Origin: Acidobacteriota bacterium
GTDB lineage: Bacteria > Acidobacteriota > UBA4820 > DSQY01
Length of the DNA: 64,000 nucleotides
Assembly: GCA_049591295.1 (NCBI GenBank)
Contig: JBAWEQ010000080.1
Location: 2,238-66,237, forward strand
Reading direction: 5' to 3'
The position numbers and the translations under genes were made by a program. The notes under the pieces are model-generated. The model saw only the letters and a list, made by a program, of their open reading frames with translations, was not told where the DNA came from and did no database searches. Each line of letters begins with the position of its first letter. Position 1 is the stretch's first letter. This document shows positions 58,402 through 64,000 of the stretch, piece after piece.

Positions 58402-59467
58402 AGATCTGCCTCCTCAACCTGTCGCTATATGCATACGGCGTATCAACCATGTCGATCATGACGGGGGCGTCCTGGGGGCACTCCTTGATGACCATCTGGC
58501 CGCGCATGACTTCGCGGCAGGAGAGCTGGCCCTTCTGGAGGGGGATCGCGAGGTAGAGGTCCTCGTCTTTGATCAGGTCCCCGACCTGAAGATCGCGGGC
58601 GGCGTAAACGCCGCGGACGAGGGAGTCGAGGTAGCGGATCTCCTTCTCGGGGACGATGCGCCGCTGGCTCCCCGGATTGCCGCACATTTCGCGCGCCTTG
58701 TGCCAGGATTTGAACCAGTTGTCGATCTGTTCAGGCAGGGAGCAGTAGGGGCTGACCTTCGCGGTCCCTTCGTCGATGTCCACGTGGCGCTCGAAGGTCC
58801 GCGCCCCTTTAGCGTAGGCCATCAGGATGGAGGCCGTCCAGTCGTGGTACTCATGGGTGGAGAAGCCGACGGTGTTGTTGGGGTAGCGGTGTCTCAGGAA
58901 ATCGATCTGGTTCAGCTCCAGCTCGTAATCCTCCGAGGGGTACATCGCCACGCAGTGGTTGATAGCCAGAGGGATGTTGCGGTTGGCAAAAAAGGTCACC
59001 AGGTCGTCCATATCCTTCAGAGAACAACCGCCGGTGGAAACGATGACCGGTTTGCGGGTCTTGGCGATGGCCTCGATGAGGAACCAGTCGTTGATGTCCG
59101 AGCTGGCGATCTTGATTATGGGCAGCCCCAGCTCCACGCAGAGCTCCACGGAGCTCTCGTCGAAAGGGGTGGCCATGGGGATGCAACTGTTCTTGCGGAT
59201 CGCCTCCGTGAGCTTGGCGAAGTCCTCCCGGGACATCTGGGTGTCGAGCGTCTTCTTGATGTAGCGGATGTCCTGGCGGTCGCGGAAGTCCTTGTGAATG
59301 AAGCGCTCCACGTCGCGGAACTGGAGCTTCATGGCCGCCCGCACGTTGTTGAAGCGAACCACGCGGCTGTAGTCCTCGATGATCTTCAACCCGCGCTCCA
59401 GCTTGCCCCAGTGGTTGTTGGCGATCTCGAGAACGAAGAGGTCTTCGAAGACGTCCCTGTCGATCAT
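58385..59467 (-). CDS. NeuB-family nonulosonic acid synthase (N-acetylneuraminate / pseudaminate / legionaminate synthase-like) with C-terminal SAF domain
   Basis: [17 protein letters not shown] motifs; about 360 aa from the ATG at 59467. Confidence 0.7.
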   Translation of the reverse strand: MIDRDVFEDLFVLEIANNHWGKLERGLKIIEDYSRVVRFNNVRAAMKLQFRDVERFIHKDFRDRQDIRYIKKTLDTQMSREDFAKLTEAIRKNSCIPMATPFDESSVELCVELGLPIIKIASSDINDWFLIEAIAKTRKPVIVSTGGCSLKDMDDLVTFFANRNIPLAINHCVAMYPSEDYELELNQIDFLRHRYPNNTVGFSTHEYHDWTASILMAYAKGARTFERHVDIDEGTAKVSPYCSLPEQIDNWFKSWHKAREMCGNPGSQRRIVPEKEIRYLDSLVRGVYAARDLQVGDLIKDEDLYLAIPLQKGQLSCREVMRGQMVIKECPQDAPVMIDMVDTPYAYSDRLRRQIFERGI

Positions 59468-59570
59468 CTCGCCCTCCCGTGGGCTGCCGTACAAAATAGC
59501 AAAAAGCGTGCCGCCTATCCGCCCTCCACTCTACACCCTCCACCCTCCACAGCGCTCCACCCGACTGACA

Positions 59571-61388
59571 CTATTTGGAAGTGTACTCATCCCGCAGGGG
59601 GCCGAGCAAGTTTTCGGCGAACTCTTGCCGGTCGAGGAAGGGGGCCATGTCATGGAGCGGGGCCGAGACGATGCGCCCGTCGGAGAGTTGGCGGGAACTG
59701 GGCCTGGGCTCGAAGGTCTGCCGCGGATCCAGCACCACCCTTGCCACGCCGGGGCCCGGCGTGGCAAGGAAGGTCTCAGTCAGGTTCCGGAAGCCCTCTC
59801 CCTCGATCTTTACCGCCGGCAGGCCGTAGGCCTCCGCGAGCCGACAGGGGTCGGGGAAGGAGACGCCACTTTCAGGGCTTTCCCCAATCAGCTCGCCAAA
59901 GAAATTCTTCTGGGTGGTCCGGATGGAGAGGTAGCCGCCGTTGTCGAGGACGAAGAGCTTGACGGGCAGGCGGTGGTGGGCAACGGTCTGGAGCTCCTGG
60001 ACGTTCATTTGAAGGCTCCCGTCCCCGGCCAAGCAGATGACCCGCGCTCCTCCCCGCGCCACGGCCGCGCCGATAGAAGCGGGCAGGTCGTAGCCCATGG
60101 AGGCGCTACCCGAGTTGGAGAAGAGCCTCTGGCCGCGCTTCAGCCTGGCCGCCTGGAAGGGGACGATGGTGGCCGTGGCGTTGCCGCAGACCACCGCGTC
60201 GTCTTCGGTGAGCAGATCGAAGAGCGTCTCCACGAAGTAGTAGGGATTGATGCCCCCCTCGGTGGTCCGCTGGCGGGCCAGGACGGGCGGATAGCGTTTC
60301 ACCCGCTCGCGGCACCACTGGAGCCAATGCGCGTGGCGCCCCGCGTCCCAAGCTTTCGCTTTGAGCTGTCGCCCCATCTCTTCGAGGAAGAGCCCCGCGT
60401 CGCAGGCGATGGCCAGTTCTGGGCGCGCCGTGGGTTTGGCTAGCTCGGCCCGGTCGGCGTCCACCTGAATGAGGAAGGCGTGGGGCGCGAAGGCCGGCCA
60501 GTTGTAGCTCACCTGGCGGATGTTGAGGCGGCTGCCGATCACCAGCAGGCAGTCTGCGTTCTGCACCGTGAAGTTGCCGGCGCGCGTCCCGATGGTGCCA
60601 GGCCGGCCACAGTAAAGAGGGTGATCCGAAGGGATCAGGTCGTGCGTCCAGGCGGTGGTGACCGGGATGCCGAACCGCTCGGCCATGCTCAGGAAAAGGT
60701 CCGCCGCGCCCGCCAGGCGCACGCCAGTTCCGGCCAGCAGGACGGGCCGCTCTGCCGCGGAGAGGCGCTCCCGGGTCTGTCGCACCTGCTCCGGCAAGCG
60801 CCCCAGCTCCCAATCGGGTGGGTCCTCGGAGGGGTCATAGGACCGAAGCGCGTCCGGCTCCACCCTGCTGCCTTGCACGTCGATGGGGATGTCCAGCCAG
60901 CAAGGGCCGGAGCGGCCGGTTTGGCAGAGGTGCCAGGCCTTCTCCAGGTGATAGCGGGTCTCCTCGGGCGCGCGCACCAGGGCGGCGTATTTGGTGATGC
61001 CCTTCACCATGGAGACGATGTCCGCCTCCTGGTCGCCGAGCTGGCGCAGGCCCGGCACTTGGTTGAAGGCCATGCAGGTCTCTCGCTTCACCTGCCCGGA
61101 GATGACGAGCATGGGAATGGAGTCGGTCCAGGCCCCGAAGACGCCGTTGAGGGCGTTGATGCCGCCCGGCCCCGTGGTGACGCTTACGACCCCCGGCGTG
61201 CCCGTGATGCGCGCGTAGCCTTCTGCCGCCATGGCACAGGCCTGTTCGTGGTGCTGGCAGATGGGGGTGATACGCGTCTCCTTGCGCAGTGAATCGTTGA
61301 GGTGCATGGCCCCCCCGCCCGTCACCAGGAAAACGTGGCGAACACCGCGATCGGCGAGGAAAGAGAAGACGTAGTCGGAGAGCTTCAT
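59571..61388 (-). CDS. Thiamine-diphosphate-dependent enzyme of the acetolactate-synthase-large-subunit family (YerE-like sugar C-branching enzyme candidate)
   Basis: N-terminal Pyr domain, central FAD-like domain, C-terminal GDGS...N ThDP motif (AGDGSLQMNVQEL). Confidence 0.8.
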   Translation of the reverse strand: MKLSDYVFSFLADRGVRHVFLVTGGGAMHLNDSLRKETRITPICQHHEQACAMAAEGYARITGTPGVVSVTTGPGGINALNGVFGAWTDSIPMLVISGQVKRETCMAFNQVPGLRQLGDQEADIVSMVKGITKYAALVRAPEETRYHLEKAWHLCQTGRSGPCWLDIPIDVQGSRVEPDALRSYDPSEDPPDWELGRLPEQVRQTRERLSAAERPVLLAGTGVRLAGAADLFLSMAERFGIPVTTAWTHDLIPSDHPLYCGRPGTIGTRAGNFTVQNADCLLVIGSRLNIRQVSYNWPAFAPHAFLIQVDADRAELAKPTARPELAIACDAGLFLEEMGRQLKAKAWDAGRHAHWLQWCRERVKRYPPVLARQRTTEGGINPYYFVETLFDLLTEDDAVVCGNATATIVPFQAARLKRGQRLFSNSGSASMGYDLPASIGAAVARGGARVICLAGDGSLQMNVQELQTVAHHRLPVKLFVLDNGGYLSIRTTQKNFFGELIGESPESGVSFPDPCRLAEAYGLPAVKIEGEGFRNLTETFLATPGPGVARVVLDPRQTFEPRPSSRQLSDGRIVSAPLHDMAPFLDRQEFAENLLGPLRDEYTSK

Positions 61389-61420
61389 GGAAGCCTCTTG
61401 CGGCGGCGCGAGGCGCGAGA

Positions 61421-61700
61421 TGGGATGCGGAGGCGACTCGTAGGAGGCCTCTCCAGAGGCCGATGCGCCGGATTCCTCCCACCCATCGCGCCCTGGAGAG
61501 CGCTCCTACGTGAGGCGGGACGCGAGACGCGAGACGCAAAACGCGAGACGCGAAACGCGAGACGCGAGACGCGAGGCGCAAGACGCGAGCGGCGAGACGC
61601 GAGATGGGATGAGGAGGCGACTCGTAGGAGGCCTCTCCAGAGGCCGATGCGCCGAATTTCTCCCACCCATCGCGCTCTGGAGAGCGCTCCTACGCCGGGC
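61421..61700. repeat. Composite repeat: two about 90-100-bp direct repeats (each with an imperfect palindrome GTAGGAGGCCTCTCCAG / CTGGAGAGCGCTCCTAC) separated by a (GCGAGAC)n array
   Basis: Direct reading of 61421-61510 against 61601-61700. Confidence 0.85.
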
Positions 61701-61830
61701 CGGTGGCGAGAAGCGGGACGCAAGACGCGAGACGCGGGAGACGGGGCGCAAAAGGCGAAGACAGCCTCGAAGTCAGGACGTTGGTGTGACGGAGGGGAAT
61801 GGAAACAAGCTGCAGTGAGGGCCTCTTCCA

Positions 61831-62709
61831 TCATTTGTCCACCAGGAGGAGCTCCCGCCGGATGAGATGGCGGTGCTCGGCGTACCAAGCGTACAGGGAA
61901 CGGACGGCGTGCTCCAAGGGGGTGAAGGGGAAGCCCGGCACCTCGGCCTTGAGCCGCCGGTTGTCGCCGCTGTATTCCACGCCGAGGCCGGGCTGCGCGA
62001 TGCGGACCGGCAGCTCTTTTCCCGAAATCCTCACCACCATCTCGGCCAGCGTTTTCAGTTCCACCGCCTCATCGGGTGTGACGTTGTAGGCCCTGTGGGC
62101 CGGCTCAGCCAGCAGGAAGTGCCGTACGATCCTCACGAGGTCGTCCACCCAGAGGTAGTCGAAGCGCCGGTTCTGCCTCAGCGTCACGGGCAGGTCGAAG
62201 AGCGTCTTGCAGATGGCGTTGGAGATGAAGCGGATCTCCCAGTCCTCGTAATTGCCGAAGACGCCGAAGGGGCGGAGCTCCACCACGTTGTCGAGACGTT
62301 CAGCGTATCGCGCGCAGAGATACTTGGAGTAGCCCGTCTCGTCCACCGGGACGTGAGTCCCGAAGAAGGGCTCCGCCATCTTGGGAGCAAAGAACCGCTG
62401 GTCGTAGACCGCTCCGGAGGTGATGAGGATCATCCGCCCGTAGCCCGTCTCGTTGCGAACGATGTTGTGGAACATTCGCGTGTTCGCGTAGACGAGCCCC
62501 GCCGGGTCTTTGGCGTTCCGGTGGCCAGGCTTGGTCGCACAGTGGACGACCGCATCCACTGGGCTCGCACGCAGAAAGGACGCCACGGCCTCCTCGTCGA
62601 GAAGATCCAGCTCGGCGTGACCGGGTGCAAGCAGATCAAATTCCTGTTCAAGTTGTTCCGCCAAGTTTCGGCCGATGAAGCCGCTGGCTCCGGTGATCCA
62701 GACTTTCAT
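61831..62709 (-). CDS. NAD-dependent epimerase/dehydratase (extended SDR)
   Basis: ITGASGFIGRNL Rossmann, YxxxK (YSKYLCARY). Confidence 0.8.
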   Translation of the reverse strand: MKVWITGASGFIGRNLAEQLEQEFDLLAPGHAELDLLDEEAVASFLRASPVDAVVHCATKPGHRNAKDPAGLVYANTRMFHNIVRNETGYGRMILITSGAVYDQRFFAPKMAEPFFGTHVPVDETGYSKYLCARYAERLDNVVELRPFGVFGNYEDWEIRFISNAICKTLFDLPVTLRQNRRFDYLWVDDLVRIVRHFLLAEPAHRAYNVTPDEAVELKTLAEMVVRISGKELPVRIAQPGLGVEYSGDNRRLKAEVPGFPFTPLEHAVRSLYAWYAEHRHLIRRELLLVDK

Positions 62710-62713
62710 CCGG

Positions 62714-64000
62714 TCAGCCTCCCGGCTTTGCCAGCCTGACGAACTCCCTGAGGCTCTCTACCATGAAATCCACCATCGCATCGGTCAGGCCCGGGTAAAC
62801 CCCGAGCCAAAAGACTCGCTCCATGACGAAGTCGGAGTTCTTGAGGTCGCCGACGACGCGCTTGGGGACTGCGAGGTAGGCGGGCTGGCGGGTGAGGTTG
62901 CCGCCGAAGAGGAGGCGGGTGGCGATCTTGCGCTGGTTCAAGAAGTCCAGCACCGCGGCCCGGTCGAAGGGGGCGTCGGGACGGACGGCGAGGGGGAAGC
63001 CGAACCAGCTCGGGTCGCTGCCCTCCGTCGCTTCGGGCAGAACAAAGAGGTGGCCGAGGTCTTGAATGCCCTCGTAAAGCCTCTTGAAATGGCGTTTGCG
63101 GGCCTCGATGAAGCCGGGCAGCTTGTCGAGCTGGGCCAGGCCGATGGCCGCCTGCAGGTCCGTGGCCTTGAGGTTGTAGCCCACGTGCGAGTAGACGTAC
63201 TTGTGGTCGTACCCCTGGGGCAGCTCGCCGAGTTTCCAGCCGAAGCGCTTCCCGCAGGTATTCTCCTTGCCGGGCAGGCACCAGCAGTCCCGCCCCCAGT
63301 CGCGGAAGGATTCGACCAGCTTCTTGAGCAGCGGGTGGTCCGTGAGCACGCAGCCCCCCTCACCCATGGTCATGTGGTGGGCGGGGTAGAAGCTCACCGT
63401 CGCCAGGTCGCCGAAGGTGCCGACGTTCTTGCCGCGGTAGGTAGAGCCGACGGCGTCGCAGCAGTCCTCGATGAGCCAGAGGCCGCGGGCCTTCGCGAAG
63501 GCGGTCACCGCCTCCACATCGAAGGGGTTGCCCAGGGTGTGGGCCAGCATGACGGCTTTGGTCTTCGGCGAGAGGGCCGCTTCCAGCTGGCTCGAGTCCA
63601 CGTTGTAAGTGGGGAGCGTCACATCCACGAAAACCGGTACAAGGCCGTTCTGGAGGATCGGGTTCACGGTCGTTGGAAAGCCAGCCGCCACGGTGATCAC
63701 CTCATCGCCGGGTCTGAGCCTGCGCTCCCCGAGCTGGGGCGAGGTGAGGGCCGAGAGGGCGAGCAGGTTCGCGGAGGAGCCCGAGTTCACGAGCAGCGCG
63801 TGGCGCCGGCCCATAAACACCGCGAAGCGGCTCTCGAACCGCGTGGCGTACGGCCCGGCCGTGAGCCAGAAGTCCAGGGCCGACTCCACCAGGAGGACCA
63901 GCTCCTCCGCGTTGAAAACCCGTCCGGCATAGGGCACCGGTGAAGTTCCCGGAACGAATTCCTTCGGAGGAAAGGCCGCGGCATGGTAGCGGCGTACCTG
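62714..64000 (-). CDS. rfbH: PMP-dependent CDP-6-deoxy-D-xylo-4-hexulose 3-dehydrase (E1; RfbH/DdhC family), N-terminus beyond window end
   Basis: DegT-fold, but with the diagnostic His in place of the PLP lysine ([14 protein letters not shown]) and the RDCWCLPG...NTCGKRFG Cys motif. The reading frame stays open upstream of the annotated GTG to the window edge ([14 protein letters not shown]...). Confidence 0.7.
   Translation of the reverse strand, partial: QVRRYHAAAFPPKEFVPGTSPVPYAGRVFNAEELVLLVESALDFWLTAGPYATRFESRFAVFMGRRHALLVNSGSSANLLALSALTSPQLGERRLRPGDEVITVAAGFPTTVNPILQNGLVPVFVDVTLPTYNVDSSQLEAALSPKTKAVMLAHTLGNPFDVEAVTAFAKARGLWLIEDCCDAVGSTYRGKNVGTFGDLATVSFYPAHHMTMGEGGCVLTDHPLLKKLVESFRDWGRDCWCLPGKENTCGKRFGWKLGELPQGYDHKYVYSHVGYNLKATDLQAAIGLAQLDKLPGFIEARKRHFKRLYEGIQDLGHLFVLPEATEGSDPSWFGFPLAVRPDAPFDRAAVLDFLNQRKIATRLLFGGNLTRQPAYLAVPKRVVGDLKNSDFVMERVFWLGVYPGLTDAMVDFMVESLREFVRLAKPGG

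Overview
This is a high-GC (about 66-68%) bacterial chromosomal window that is densely coding on both strands. Many of the long ORFs in the supplied track are GC-rich antisense artefacts; the real genes usually lie on the opposite strand. Position 1 to about 14.4 kb carries housekeeping and envelope genes on the minus strand: a large secreted outer-membrane protein, a ferredoxin, lpxH, rlpA, a LolA-like protein, purH and icd. On the plus strand the same stretch holds a sigma54-dependent regulator, ttcA and yjbQ. At 14.8-16.6 kb there is an unusual PilB/GspE paralog. It keeps both MshEN-type c-di-GMP-binding motifs and the tetracysteine motif, but has lost the Walker A, Walker B and His-box residues, and it carries an N-terminal Cys-rich zinc-ribbon. 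An HAD hydrolase and selA follow. At 20.0-27.4 kb one operon encodes a four-subunit 2-oxoacid:ferredoxin oxidoreductase (delta, alpha, beta, gamma) directly followed by NuoE-like, NuoF-like, truncated NuoG/HoxU-like and HycB-like ferredoxin genes, with no hydrogenase or formate-dehydrogenase catalytic subunit. A ferritin-like gene follows. Next is a complete type IV pilus cluster, pilB-pilT-pilC-(870 bp noncoding)-pilS-pilR, with a textbook sigma70 promoter upstream of pilB. From 36.4 kb to the end there is a mosaic polysaccharide and glycosylation locus. It has three ArnC/GtrB-like GT2 enzymes, a tandem-GtrA flippase, at least five GT-C-type membrane proteins, asnB, rmlD plus a cupin, a NeuB-family synthase, and a yersiniose-like 3,6-dideoxyhexose module (E1 dehydrase, SDR, YerE-like ThDP enzyme). 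Several segments are low-GC and so look horizontally acquired. A REP-associated tyrosine transposase (RAYT) sits inside the locus, flanked by GC-rich palindromic REPs. The intergenic space throughout is littered with heptamer tandem arrays (GCGAGAC, GATGAGG, GGGACAG, GGGTGAA), a CCTTGGTGY 9-mer array (2890-2956), and a roughly 40-nt element found just 3' of stop codons (consensus GGAAAG-ATTCACCACCAAGACACCAAGG). I found no tRNA, rRNA or CRISPR.
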